The position numbers and the translations under genes are program-made. Positions 1 through 11,672 of a DNA stretch of 64,000 bases are shown one piece after another; within the stretch, counting starts at the first letter, position 1, and each line of letters begins with the position of its first letter. The stretch comes from Azolla caroliniana (lineage: Eukaryota > Plantae > Polypodiophyta): the NCBI GenBank assembly GCA_043228905.1, contig JBHGNT010000015.1, positions 16,616,001-16,680,000 on the forward strand, in the 5' to 3' direction. The notes under the pieces were generated by a model. It saw only the letters and a program-made list of their open reading frames with translations, did no database searches and had not been told where the DNA came from.

Positions 1-1910
1 TACATGTGGTGCAAAACATTGAATATCTTTGTACTAATGTCCTTGCATGGATAAATAGGTGGAATTTATGTTGTTCATTGCCAATATCACATGATGTGAA
101 AGCACCTTCACATGAAGGATTTTGTCTACTTTAAAATACTACTCCACTATATTTATATAGGAATGGAAATATGGGGTGTCATTATATTACTTAATACAAG
201 GAATGAAATAGTCAAAATTCAAAACTTGTTCTTGCATAGGCCATTCAGAGTTAAATCCTTAACATCCTATCTATCACGGTATTAGAAAGAGGTGTTAGTG
301 ATGCAAAGAATATATAAGTATATCATAAAAGTCAAGAATATGCCCAACCATAAACCACCAAAAACATATTTGGAACGTGGTACAAGATACAGAAAGCTAA
401 AAAGCAAATCATCTCTTTTGGCAGGCTACTTGACATAGCAAAATAGTTTAAAGGATGGGGAGTAGAAGATCTATTAGAGCTCTCCGATGATGCCATAAAG
501 TATGCGATCATCAAGGATAGATTATTGGAGACATTAACTATGAAGTAACAAGATGCCAAAATGTCAAAATTAGAATACTAAGTTACAAACGTTACCTCTC
601 ATTAGTATTGACCCCCAAATAAGGGTAATAAGATCCTTACATGTTATGGAGCACAAAATAGGGGTAATAGCATACGTTGATCGCAAAGGGTATATGGGCT
701 CGCTAATAGAGGAAATCAAGTCACATTGGAAGTTGTCGGTCTTGGGTAAATAACCTTTGTTTAGATTGGCATGGGACCCAACTAACTAGTATCTATAGAC
801 AAACCCATTTACTAGTAATAACTTTAATTCTTCCCATCTTCTATCCAATTGGGTAGACATATATTTGTCTGGTGTACGAGATGTTTTACCAATTGCATTT
901 CAATATTGGGGTCAATAAGGTATTACTCCAAAGTTTCTTGCTAAATTTCATCTATGGGAAAGAAAACAACCATGACAAGTACTTCACGTGCAGTGGTTAC
1001 TTGCATTGGGCCTTGCCTGTTGGCACATGATTATACAAGATGGGTATATCCTCTCATTGTGTTCGTAGTCATTTGCAAGCTGAATCTCAGAAACATTGCC
1101 AATGGGACTACCTTGAGTGTCAAGGGGTATGGAAATGTCTCCAAAGAATATTAGCCATTTAGTTTCCCCCATCAATATTCACATGGGGCATAGTGGTTTG
1201 GACATTACTTGTTCGCTTTGTTTTTCATTATGATTTTGAGTCTCTGGACCATGGTTTTAGCACTAATTCCAGAGTAATGCATGTACTTCTTTTAGTGTCC
1301 ATGTAGTTTTTAGGAAGAAGGAAGGAGATGAAACCATTATGGCATAATCGATACTTTAAAAGGACAATGGGTTTGTCTTATTGGAGATTCTAAAACTAAA
1401 GCTACTCAACACCATCAGTTTCTTACTTTGTGGAAAGATACTCCACTTATGTCCTTGAAAGATGGTAACCCTTTTTGCCATTTTAAGCCACCATGATGGT
1501 TGTTCCCTCCACTTATCACTTAAGAATAATAAACATGGAAATGGTTTTATACTAATGAATAGATATCCTTTAAAATAAATGATTGGCCGCCATACAAGGT
1601 AATGATGATAGCATTTATCCAAACCACATGTAATTACCCCCTTGAATGTTGGCTCTCAGAAGGTCCTTACACTTCTTTGGACAAAAAAACCCAAGTGTAT
1701 AGATTTGCAAAATTTTAAGTAAAAACCTAATGAAGGATTAGCAACACTTCTTGAATGATTAGCATATAATGTAATTCTCAAGAAGTATGATGACTTGCTA
1801 GATAGGCATGATAAATTAAGTTACATATTCAAATCTCCACAAATAAGGGTGAGCACATATGAGCCTGCATACTATCAATCTCCCTCTTAGGAAGGAGTCA
1901 CACACAAGAT
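1..1910 (+). mobile_element. Degenerate RTEX/L2-like LINE ORF2 3' portion, split by an insertion at ~606-1590, lying antisense in the GDSL intron
   Basis: 1-600 aligns by eye to 62925-63590 (e.g. 'aaaagtcaagaatatg', 'ggaatgaaatagtcaaaattcaaaa', 'gatggggagtagaagatctattagagct'). ~1600-1910 aligns to 63630-63990 (YNVILKKYDDLLDRHDKLSYIFKSP vs YSAIRSRYVDILRGSDNLSAILKTP, then 'cttaggaaggag'). Confidence 0.75.
606..917. repeat. Old LTR-like or TIR-bounded segment at the start of an unidentified insertion (~606-1590)
   Basis: Begins TATTGACCCC (606) and ends GGGGTCAATA (917), a 10-bp inverted terminus (possibly decayed TG..CA). It interrupts the LINE relic. No coding domain recognised. Confidence 0.35.
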
Positions 1911-3614
1911 GATATGTTTATTAGGTCAAATGGATCAAAATTGTCATCTTTGTGAACAATAAAAATTATAATATAATCTTAGATAGTTACAGTGGCAATG
2001 CTACCATCATAAAGTATGTGCATGAAGGGAATCATTAGGGTTAGAACCTAGGAGATGAAAATGGAACTTAAAGAAGTGGTAAGTTAGAAAACTTAAGAAG
2101 TAAGCCCAATGTAAATCATGTGAAGAAAGAAAGAAGAAAATCTATATATAAATTATGTGATTTCTCTTATCAGGTTCCTTTAAAGAATGCCAAATGTGTA
2201 TGTGTACAAATCCATTGGTAGTTCCAAAGAATACAAAAAATTTTGCACACTCATTCTACAAGCTTGATCTCTAGTCCAATATTTCTTTATTCTCACTTTA
2301 GCTTGCATATGTTAGCTCCAAAGGTTGTTCACATGATGTGACAAGGACCACATGTCAATGCCTTACGGAATAGAAACGTTTTTCACATGTTTTCATTATG
2401 TGTTGATGATGGACATGTTGATGTAGGAACATATTTTTATTCTTCTAGTTAGGGAGCTAACAAGACTACCCATTCCTTGGACTTATGAAATCAATGCTTT
2501 AGATGCACACTGCATTATTGATTTCTTAACTACATCTCACATTGGTACTCCTTCGGAAGTTCTCTTCTTTATTTAAAACCAATTCACCCAAAGATTTTTA
2601 CACACATTACCACTCATTTGATGGAATCTGTGGCCAATCTACGTTTTCCTAACAAATATGTCTAGACTCAAATATTCTTATGAGATTATTGTTTTGTCTT
2701 GGTATTTTTATCCAAGCTATGGTCAAGAAATTAGGTTGGCAACTCATCAATTCAATTTTTTTTGAGAATTCTCTCCCTTGGCCTTTACATTTGCGTTGTT
2801 AACATAATCATTCCAAGTTAATCTTGTAGATATCTAAACATACAAATTAACCTCATAAATTCTTGTGTAATGATTTTCTACAATAGGCATGATACAATAA
2901 GCTCAAAAGACTTCTAAATTAAATTAATGGAGAGTAATATCTAAGTAAAGATGACTTTGTCCCTCCACTGAACATTAATATATGAACTATCACTTGACAT
3001 CAATCAATTGTCCTTGATCATCAGTCTAGCTAACATCAATATCATTCCCCTTCAAGATTTGATATCGTTTTATTCACTTTTTCAATCTAACGGTAATTTC
3101 TCTGTGGTGACACTCCCTATCTCTCTTGTGTAGTCATTCTTGTTTTTAAACACATATACCTATTTTATTTATACAACTGATAGGTAAAGGGGATAATTTT
3201 TTTTTTCCATGTCATGAGAATAATTGTTGAATTGCTATTAGATGAACTCACAACGTGGTATATTACCAATCATTGTACAACCTACATTAGGGTTGAGCTC
3301 GATGAAGATCGCGGGGTTCACACTTTTAGATCCCATTTTGAATGGTCTTTAAAACTCTTCATCTTTAGAATAATTTGGGGCTAGTGATGATCTTCATTAT
3401 GGTTTTGGGGATGTATCATGCAAATGTTACACCTCATCATCTACCCATGGACACTGTCTTTGTAGCCGGTCTTGTGTTTCTTTTTGTGTTAGAAAACAAT
3501 ATGCATGAAAATGTAACTAAGCCCCTCATTATAAACACCTCTAGTCCATTTAGTATATAATTCATTTCTTAATGAGATAAGTGTAAATAAAGATTAAGAT
3601 AGTGTGGAACGTAC

Positions 3615-3885
3615 ATAGCCAATCGACAATGAGGAGGCCATCACTATACCGACCAAAGCCATAATGGGGGAAGGTCTGGCCATAGGGGAGGTAGGCTGTA
3701 CGGTTGCAGAAAATGGTGGATGCAGTTGTGCGAGAGAGAAAGCAATTGCCTGTGTCTGAAAGTGCGTCACCAAAGATGAACACTGTCGGGATGTTACAAT
3801 CTAAAGCAGTAAGTCCTTGTATTAGTTTTGCTCTCAACATTATAATAATTATTGAGGCTAGCACATTAATCTTGTTAATCTCCAT
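3615..3885 (-). CDS. Exon 1 of a secreted GDSL/SGNH esterase-lipase-like gene (block I reads GDAL); rest of the gene not found in the window, presumably to the left
   Basis: Signal-peptide-like N terminus, then VFIFGDALSDTGN...YLPYGQTF...GRYSDGLLIVDWL, a classic GDSL exon 1. Phase-1 donor T|GTACGT at 3614-3609 is at the usual GDSL intron-1 position. Confidence 0.88.
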
Positions 3886-4319
3886 CGATGCGAGATGGTA
3901 TGTTGTTTCACAAATGGTGTAAGTTGTTATTTCAACAAATGGAAATAGTTTGATATATGTCGAGATTTGTTGTATTTCATTTTAACTTGTTCAAAAATAT
4001 TGCTTCAAATCTAAAATGTGCTCTACATGAAAGAAAAACTATGTTTGTTGCATATCATTTTCACCAAAGAGGATTTTCGTGCTTGCACATTGTTGATTAA
4101 CAATAAGACAACGTGACGTTCAAAATCACCTAACTAGAAAAAATTGACAGTTTCAATAATTCTCTCTCCCAATTACAAATTTCCTAGAAAGGAGCCTTTC
4201 AATGCAAACCTTTTGAAGTAAAATGTTTATAATATAATTTTAAAACATATTAAGAGAATCATTTGTAGATTATCGTTGGAAGACAATCAATCTTCTTCTT
4301 TTTGCCAACAATTAACAAT

Positions 4320-4480
4320 CGGCAATGGTTTGGTTTGAACCGAACCAAACCGTGTGAAACTACGGCTTAACGGCTTAACAATTTCAACGATCCGGTTTAG
4401 GTTTAGGTTTTTCAAAATGGTTCGGTTTGGTTTTCATTAGGTTTCAATAGTCAGGAACCGCGGTTTAAACAGTTAATGGT
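4320..4480. mobile_element. Probable end of a hAT-type/MITE DNA transposon
   Basis: Dense cluster of AACCG/CGGTT/GGTTT motifs ('ggcaatggtttggtttgaaccgaaccaaaccg...ggttcggtttggtt'), typical of hAT subterminal repeats. No partner end or TSD found. Confidence 0.4.
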
Positions 4481-4749
4481 TTTTAAAAAAAAAATTTAAA
4501 AAATTGTTTCCAAACAATCTTATCATTTTTAGACCTTATTCTCACATTTTAGGAACATCGTTAAAATTTAAAAATTTAAAAATAATGAAATATTGTGAAA
4601 TGCATATAAAAGGAATCTAAACCAGTTTGCTTAGCTTCTTACTTATCGTTCAATTTATAGAAGATACAAAGGTACCCATTTTGGGTTGGCTAAGCTACAT
4701 GCGTGCCAGGGTGGTGTGTTAAAAGGCATGCACTTGCATGAAAGGGGCA

Positions 4750-4995
4750 CCACATTTCACCCCTGAGAAGAACAAGGAGTTTTACGACATGGGGGAAGGA
4801 GGAGTTTTACGACATGGGGAAAGGAGGGGTGATAGAAGATAGGCTTGGGGTAGCATATGGCTTGATATGGGCAACATGGGCAGAGGTGAATCGATCGTTA
4901 GAATCATGTCAAAGCAAGTAAGTAATGGATTTGATGGCGGAAACTACGGTGAATGGGGCCGATCCATCGGTGCATGATGGATTCACTGAGATCGT
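4750..4995 (-). pseudogene. Old Ty3/gypsy relic, integrase C-terminal GPF region
   Basis: Minus strand reads RWIGP(frameshift)FTVVSAIKSITYLL. A purine tract 'aggggtgaaa' followed by TG near 4752 may mark its 3' LTR. Confidence 0.4.
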
Positions 4996-5670
4996 TGTCG
5001 TGAAGATGCACGTGCATGTGTTAGCTTGAGCGGAACCACCGGGGTCTTGAACCGGAGAGGACGTTCACGAACTTGTCGAAAAGATTTGATGATGTGGATA
5101 GGAGTCGAGGAAACCAATGTCACATTTTGAAAAGATCGAAAGATTGAGAATTATAAGAAGTATAATAATATTGATCGATGGTAAAAGAAGAAGAAAAATA
5201 AGAAGTATATTTATAAGAAGAATTTTATATTGATGGTGATATCACATATTGAGCCCCCCTCCCTTACACAAGCCTTACAATGGTTTTTATAGGTCTATTC
5301 ATGCTTCTATCATGCACAAAACCATGGGCTTGGATCCATGGTTTTTGAGCACACGGTTTTTCTTGTGCATGCACAAAACCATGGGCTTGGAACATGGTTT
5401 TGTGCACACGGTTTTGTACGGTTGTTTTCCTATGCCTTTTGAATATGAAAAGAAATACATAACGTTTAAAGTACTTGATAGTAGCCCTAATCGTAAGATA
5501 AATGTCTCTTATCTTGGAGGTGCAAGGTTCAAATCTTGCTTGCACCCCTCTATATGCACTCGAATGCCACTAGGCCCTAGGATACTTTTTATATTTATAA
5601 TCGTTTGTGTAATGTGCGTGGAACTACACTATTTCACAATTTCTCCCATTGGACACGCAACATCACGACA
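4996..5670 (-). repeat. LTR (3' LTR of gag-only element X)
   Basis: TGTCGTGA...TCACGACA 8-bp inverted termini. PPT-like TGGGGATGGA abuts it on the minus strand (5671-5680). Shares the 'ggaaccaccggggtcttg' motif with the LTRs at 8255, 12205, 32337 and 49465. Confidence 0.75.
5482..5545 (+). promoter_or_regulatory. tRNA-like Pol III A/B-box module inside LTR
   Basis: A-box-like TAGCCCTAATCG (5482) and B-box GGTTCAAATC (5526), 44 nt apart, with stem GCAAG/CTTGC. No acceptor stem. Confidence 0.55.
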
Positions 5671-7758
5671 TCCATCCCCACCAAACCGCACATCCTCTGG
5701 CATGTGCCAAGAAGAAAAGAGTGATGTGGTGGACTCAAAGGTGGTTGGCCTTTGATTCCTTTCTTTCTTATGCCTCGCTTGCAACGGCCTTTGTCTTCCA
5801 TTTTGAGCACATGCATTCCTTCCACCCGAACCATCGTCGCCACCTGATCAACCATATCATTCGCTTGCCCTTCGCATTGCCATCACCACTTCTCATAGCC
5901 CCTTTTACTCCTCCTAAGCATAACCCTTCATGCATCATACATGTGCCGCCTTTGCCCCGACCATCTCCTTGGTCATCAAACTTCCGCCGATCGTCCTTTA
6001 TCGTCTCATGCATGCGTTTCCTCATGCTTAGCAGCCTCGACTGGGTGTCGCGGCTCCTCTGCTTCGACCTCCGGCTTGGCTGGCTCAACTTTTGTTTGGA
6101 TTGGTCTCGACCAATCAACTTCTGGCTTGGTCGGTCTTCTTCCGGATTCGCATTCGGCCAAATTGGACTCAGACGATCGGCTTCCCTCCGGGTCGGCGTG
6201 CGTCCGGGTTTCGGTTGGGTCGGGCCCGGTTGATCAGCTCCCGTTTGGGTCGGCTTCCGTTTGGGTCGGAATACCAACCGCGACATCTTCCATCCGGATT
6301 GTCTTCCAGTTCTTCCTTTCTTGCCACTCTCTGGCTCTTCATCAAACTCTATTGTAGCTTTGTTCTTGGCCTCCTTGTTGGCCACCGTTCCTCCGTATGC
6401 GATGGCTTCAACCCTCATCTCCTCGCCGCCACCTTCCATCTCTCCGGTCTTATGTTGGCTCTCATGCACAATTGCCGAAGTCTCCGGAACCGGTGTGGAG
6501 GGATCCCTTAGTCTGTGGTCATCATCCTCATCACCGTTTTGGTCCTTCAATTTCTTGCCGTCACCTTCTGTCTCTCCGGTCTCATGTTGGCACTCATGCA
6601 CAACTGCCGAAGTCTAAGGAACAATTGTGGGGAGAACCTCAGCACCATCGGTCACCTTCTTCTCATCCATAGCCATCTTTCGCTTAACGTTGTTATTCGC
6701 CTTGTCTTCAATATTTGCTTCCCCACCACTTTCCGTCTCTTGGGTCTCATGTTGGCTCTCGGACGCAACTGCCCAAGTCTCTAGATCAAGTGTTGGGAAA
6801 GTCTCGACACGGTCATCCGCCACGGACTCTTCCAGAGCCATCTACGACTCGATGTCATTCCTTATGGCTACCGCCTCAATCACGTCGACCTCGCACTCTT
6901 TACATCCCTCGATCACGCAAGCTTTGCTCGTGCTTGCACCTTCATCACTCGATATTTCGGACACAACATGTGTTCCGAAATGCTCGTCCACTCTTAAAGC
7001 AACATTTCCCGCTCTCGAGTCTTCGGCCTTTCTCTTGAGAGTCATTCCTCCATAAGTCGAGAAGGTGGCTTGTTTCACACCTTCTCCCGTGGTATTGTCG
7101 TACTGAACCTGGCGCTTCGTATTGGCCGTATCATTAGTCTGCATTTCCCGGGAGGTCTTCTCTTCCTCGATCACCAATTGTCTCGGTTTTGGCTCCATTC
7201 TAGGCTTCTCTTTGGCCTTGACTTGCACCTTTAAACTCTCATATGCCTCCTTTACAAAGGCCTCTATGTTGAGGACTGTCGAACCTTTCATCTTCAAGAT
7301 TTCTTCTTTAGGTGGTTGTGTGTAGTCACATCCCTTCCTCCTTTCAGCATCCCTTGTGGGTTGTGTTGTTGCCGAAGAGAATCTCGTCTTCCTCTTATCA
7401 TGTAGTCAGCACACTCTTTCCACTTTTCTCCAATCCTCGGTGAGGCCATTTGCACCATAATCTTCTTCGAGTTTGAGTCCAATGGCCATCCTTTCCCTTC
7501 GATCGATTGACTTCACGAACATAAAGACCTTATCCACCCCTACCAATCTTTGTTCATGCTCCGACAGTTGAGAAAAACGATGCTCGAAGTCTAGGAATGC
7601 TTGTGTCACACCTTGGTGGGTCTTCACCGATGCCACCCACTGGTCGAACTCACGTAGACCTCATCCCTTCGGTCTCTCGTAGCCATATGCCTTCAATAGA
7701 GCCTCCGTGAAAGTCACCCACGAATCATGAACTTCTCGAAGCTCTTTTACCTCTTTGT
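5671..7758 (-). mobile_element. Internal region of non-autonomous gypsy-type element X: gag-like fragment plus repeat-rich acidic ORF, no pol
   Basis: 7406-7757 encodes a broken gag-like segment (KEVKELREVHDSWVTFTEALLKAYGYERP...AFLDFEHRFSQLS...LFVKSID-like...DWRKVERVC). 5768-7297 encodes repeated 'ET(S/W)A..xESQH(K/E)TxE' units. No PR/RT/RH/INT motifs. Confidence 0.65.
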
Positions 7759-8254
7759 AGCGTTACCAGCACCCAACCATCTTGCCAGTTCCTTGCCAGC
7801 GCTGATCCGTCTTGCCAGCTCCTTACCGGCCCCGACCCGCCAGCTCCATCAAATCCACCACGTCCACCACGTGTCCTCGAACCGTCAACTTGATCCGAAC
7901 CGCCATATCCACCGCACACGCCTTCCTCCCCGGTCGGTCCTCCCGAACGCCATTGCCGATCTGGTCACTCTTTCTTTGTCCGCCACGTAGGTCCTCCGAT
8001 TAGGCCCTCGGTCACCTCGTTTGCTCGCCGGATTCCGCCCCTCTTGTACCGTTTGTGTTCTATCTCCGGCTCGATCCTCTCTTCGTCTTGAACACCTCGT
8101 GCCGATTCCCTCCGTTCCTCGCTCACCTTCCGTAGGCTCTTTCCGTGTGCCCTTGTTGTCTCCTAAACATGCGCTCGTTCTTCGGTCCCTCGGCAACCTC
8201 ATTACGCGCTCCTCGCTTCTCCTTTGCTCGTCGTGCTCTCTCGCCGTAGAGCGT

Positions 8255-9124
8255 TGTCGTGCCTTTCGGCTCCGGATCGTTTGCGTGAGTCGGGTGGGAA
8301 CCGCCGAGGTTTTGGACTAGGAGGAGGAAGAATTTGAGGCTAATCTAGTTATGAATATGAATAGATTATAAGAAAGAGATATACAAACTTGTGAATCCCA
8401 CAAGTATAATTGTTTTAGTTTATCTAAATCGTAGTAATAAATTGAAATAATTTAGAATAGATTAGAGTAGATTGAGAAAAGAGATCAAACCTTGTGAATC
8501 CCACAAGTATTACATTAATCAATATTTATGTAAGAATATGAATTTAGATTGAAAGAGATAGATTATCTTAAACTTCGTGAATCCCACGAGTATATTTTAT
8601 TGATTGTTGGTGTTTTAGGAAATATATCCAATTTCCCAAATATTTTTCACACACCTATTACATTGTGCTCCCCATCCTTATGTAGTGATGGGAGAGACTA
8701 AGCATAGCTACATGCTTTTTTTTCTAATATGTTCATGCACACTAAATGTGCATGTGATGCTTTTCTAATCCTTGCTTTTATTTGCTAAATATAGTGCTCA
8801 TGCACGCTAGATGTGCATGAGTCACTTTTTAGTCGCTTGCGTTTTTCTATAAAATATTCACGCACTCTAAAAATACATGATTTACCTTTTAATAAAGGTA
8901 GGCGCAAATAAAGCACTTATAGTTATTAAATCTATTTATAGAACACTAAATATAAGGTAGCATAATGGTAAAGTTGAGGTTTGGCTACGTGGAGGTACAG
9001 GGTTCAAATCCTGCCCTATGCACGTGATAAATATCTTGATATATTATTTTATTTATTTATATGTAATTAAATCGGTTATATTATTTTTTACTTTTTCACG
9101 TAGTGTACGAAATACACTACGACA
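8255..9124 (-). mobile_element. Solo LTR (870 bp) with 4-bp TSD, inserted into element Y
   Basis: TGTCGT...ACGACA termini, TSD GCGT at 8251-8254 and 9125-9128. Removing it restores a repeat unit matching 9617-9720. Contains three 'tgaatcccac(a/g)agtat' repeats. Confidence 0.9.
8958..9020 (+). promoter_or_regulatory. tRNA-like Pol III A/B-box module inside solo LTR
   Basis: A box TAGCATAATGGT (8958) and B box GGTTCAAATCC (9001), 43 nt apart, with T-stem-like CAGG/CCTG. Confidence 0.7.
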
Positions 9125-10379
9125 GCGTACCATCATCCCGACCACCATGTCAGTGTCCTTTGCGACTCCCGTTACCGCTTCATCCCGACTCTCATCCTCT
9201 TGGCCCGCTTGGCCTCGCATGCCTTCCGGGAAACTGCGCTTCCTCTTCCCGACGCGTAGCCCGTTGCTCTCCACGCACCTCCCCCGGTTCTCAAGACATA
9301 GCCTTCCATGCTCGTCGATCATCCGCCGATACTGGCACCTCACCGCTCCGCCTCTCGCCGCGTGCATTCCTTGCAAAGGCTCGTATGTCCTCCGAGTGCG
9401 CTCCCGATCTCTCCGATCGCTCTCCAGATTCTACCCTTTTCGTGCCGCGTATGTTCCTCCTTTGGTTTTATCGACTCCGCATGCCAAACACCTCGGTGTG
9501 TCGACTCTTCCCGCTCTGCGCTTGCCTTCTGTAGGCTCTTCCCGTGCGCCGATGTTATCCCCCGAATATGCGCTCATTCTTTGGCTCTTAGGTGACCCCA
9601 TTACGCGCACCTCAATTCTCCCTTGCTCTCCGTGCTCTCTCGTAGTAGAGCATATCGTCATCTCGACCTCCGTGTCGGTGTCCCTCGAGGCTCTCGTTAC
9701 CGCCTCGCCTCGACTTGCGCCCTCTTGGCCCGCCTGGCCCGCTCGGCCACACACATCCTTTGGGATGCCCCGTTTTCTCTTCACGGTACGTGACCCTCCG
9801 TTCTCCACGCATCCCCTCCGTTTTCCTAGACACAATCCTTCGTTCATGCCGATCACGCTCGTCTCGTTCCGTCGATCTTGGCGTCTCGTCGCACCGTCCG
9901 TCGTCCCACGCTTGCCTCTCGAAGGCTTCCTCCGACCGTCATCGTCGGTCACTCGTTGCGGGTCCTCCGAATGCATGCTTGCTTCTTGGCCCTTCGTCGT
10001 CCGTAGTGCATGCTCCATTTTACACCGTAGTGCATACTTCGTATTACGCGCCTCATCCACCGTAGACCCGACCTCCGCGTTGGTCTCTTCGTCATTCGTT
10101 GCCGTAGCCCATTCCGACTCCGGCTTGCCGTCTTGGCCCCGCTCGTCCATTATTTCATACCGGATATCTACACCGGTCTCCAACTCCGCATCGGCTTCTA
10201 ACTCCTCGCCGCCACCCACCGGTCTTATGTTGATCCGCAACCGCCGAAGTCTCAAGAATAGCTGTGGAGGGTTCCCCTTGCTCTCGGTCTTCCGCCAAGC
10301 CGTAATCATCGTGCCCGGTTAGCCTCCTTCTCGCGCTCACCAGCTCCCACCGCGTGTTGTGGCTCGTACGCCTCGGCCT

Positions 10380-11660
10380 CTAGTCATGCCGACATAGCGT
10401 TCGCCCGGATTGGTCTTGGCCGATCGAGTTCCGGTTTGGTCGGCTCCCTTTCCTAACCGTAACCGGCCGGTACATGTTTGTCCGCACAAATCCGGCCTTG
10501 TCGACTCTTGTTCGGTTCGGGCCCGATTGACCGGACCCCACTCCAATCTTCTTCCGCCTCGTCTTCCGGTCATGTCGGATTATCGACCGGTTCAACTTCC
10601 GGTCGGGCCGGTTTCTGACTCTCTCCTCCTTGCCGCTCCCGACCTCTCCGTCAGTCCTCTTGTATATGCCCGTTCCGGGCCTCGCATCCTCATCTTCGCA
10701 CGTGTTTGCTCCGGGCCATGCCTCCTCACGGCCACCGTCCTTCTCTCCGGTCTTATGTTGGCATTCTAGCACAACCGCCGTAGTCTCCGGCCCCGGTGTC
10801 GAGGGGTCTCTCGTCTGTCCGCTATGACCTTCCTCATCTTCGTTTCGATCGTCTGCTTTGCCACCGCCACCGCCTGTCGCTCTAGGTCTCATGTGGGCTT
10901 TCGGGCCGACCGCCGAAGCCTCTAGGGCCGGTGTGGGTAAGGACCCGGCACTCCCACTCGTTGTGTCCGTAGCCGCTTCCGTCCGGACGTCGTTGTCCGT
11001 GGCTACCCCGCCTCCGATCGCGCAAGCCTCGATTACGCTTGCTGTCGTCTCTTCCATGTCGTCGTCTCGGTTGCCCGCCTTGCCGCCGCCACCGCTCATC
11101 GCTCTAGGTCTCACGCCGGCACTCGGGCCCGGAGCCTCTAGGACTGGTGTGTGTAAGGTCATGGCACCGCCGCTCGTTATGTCCATAGCCACCTCTATCT
11201 GGACGTCGTTGTCCGTGGCTACCTCGTCCTCGATCGCGGAAGCCTCGATTACGCTTGCCGCCTCCTCTTCCTCAATCCCCTTGCCGTCGTCTTGGTTGCC
11301 CGCCTTGCTACCGCCACCGTTCATCACTCTAGGTCTCACACCAGCTCTCGGGCCGGATGCCGGAGTCTCTAGAATCGGTGTGGGTAAGGACCCGGCACCG
11401 CCGCTTGTCTCCTCCCCACTCGATGTTTTGGGCCGCCATCCCCCGAATCCGTAGTTACCAGCCTCCATGGCCGTCCCTTCACCGCAAGGCAAGAGGGTCG
11501 CTTGCTCCGCACCCTCTCCCATGTCGCCGTTGTACGCTCTTCCGGCCTCCGTATAGGCCTTGTCTTCTACGCTTAGGGAGGCTTCTTCCTCCGCATCCTC
11601 CGATCGCCTCCGGCCCGACTCCATGATAAGCCCTTCTTCGGCTCCGATTTTTGCCTTCAC
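10380..11660 (-). CDS. 426-aa G/A/E/T-rich repeat-containing ORF of element Y (function unknown)
   Basis: Open frame with three ~75-aa repeats (TSGGAGSLPTPxLEA..GP.A.VRPR...GGGGKA.NRDD...ASVIEA.AI...VATDNDV) plus a RDPSTPGPETTAVVLECQHKTGE unit shared with element X. Confidence 0.45.
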   Translation of the reverse strand: MKAKIGAEEGLIMESGRRRSEDAEEEASLSVEDKAYTEAGRAYNGDMGEGAEQATLLPCGEGTAMEAGNYGFGGWRPKTSSGEETSGGAGSLPTPILETPASGPRAGVRPRVMNGGGSKAGNQDDGKGIEEEEAASVIEASAIEDEVATDNDVQIEVAMDITSGGAMTLHTPVLEAPGPSAGVRPRAMSGGGGKAGNRDDDMEETTASVIEACAIGGGVATDNDVRTEAATDTTSGSAGSLPTPALEASAVGPKAHMRPRATGGGGGKADDRNEDEEGHSGQTRDPSTPGPETTAVVLECQHKTGEKDGGREEAWPGANTCEDEDARPGTGIYKRTDGEVGSGKEERVRNRPDRKLNRSIIRHDRKTRRKKIGVGSGQSGPNRTRVDKAGFVRTNMYRPVTVRKGSRPNRNSIGQDQSGRTLCRHD

Positions 11661-11672
11661 AAGCTCTCATGC

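Noticed and set aside
8385-8600. CRISPR-like spaced repeats (tgaatcccac(a/g)agtat x3; also 32437-32660)
   Set aside because: The spacers are mutually similar, i.e. an ~87-100 bp tandem repeat inside a eukaryotic LTR; no cas genes.
8958-9020. Functional tRNA genes at the A/B-box sites
   Set aside because: No acceptor stem and no coherent anticodon arm, and they are embedded in LTRs, so reported as tRNA-like modules only.
9018-10322. 434-aa plus-strand ORF and other long plus-strand ORFs at 5.6-12 kb
   Set aside because: Antisense shadows of GC-rich element sequence; this one starts inside a solo LTR and crosses its TSD.
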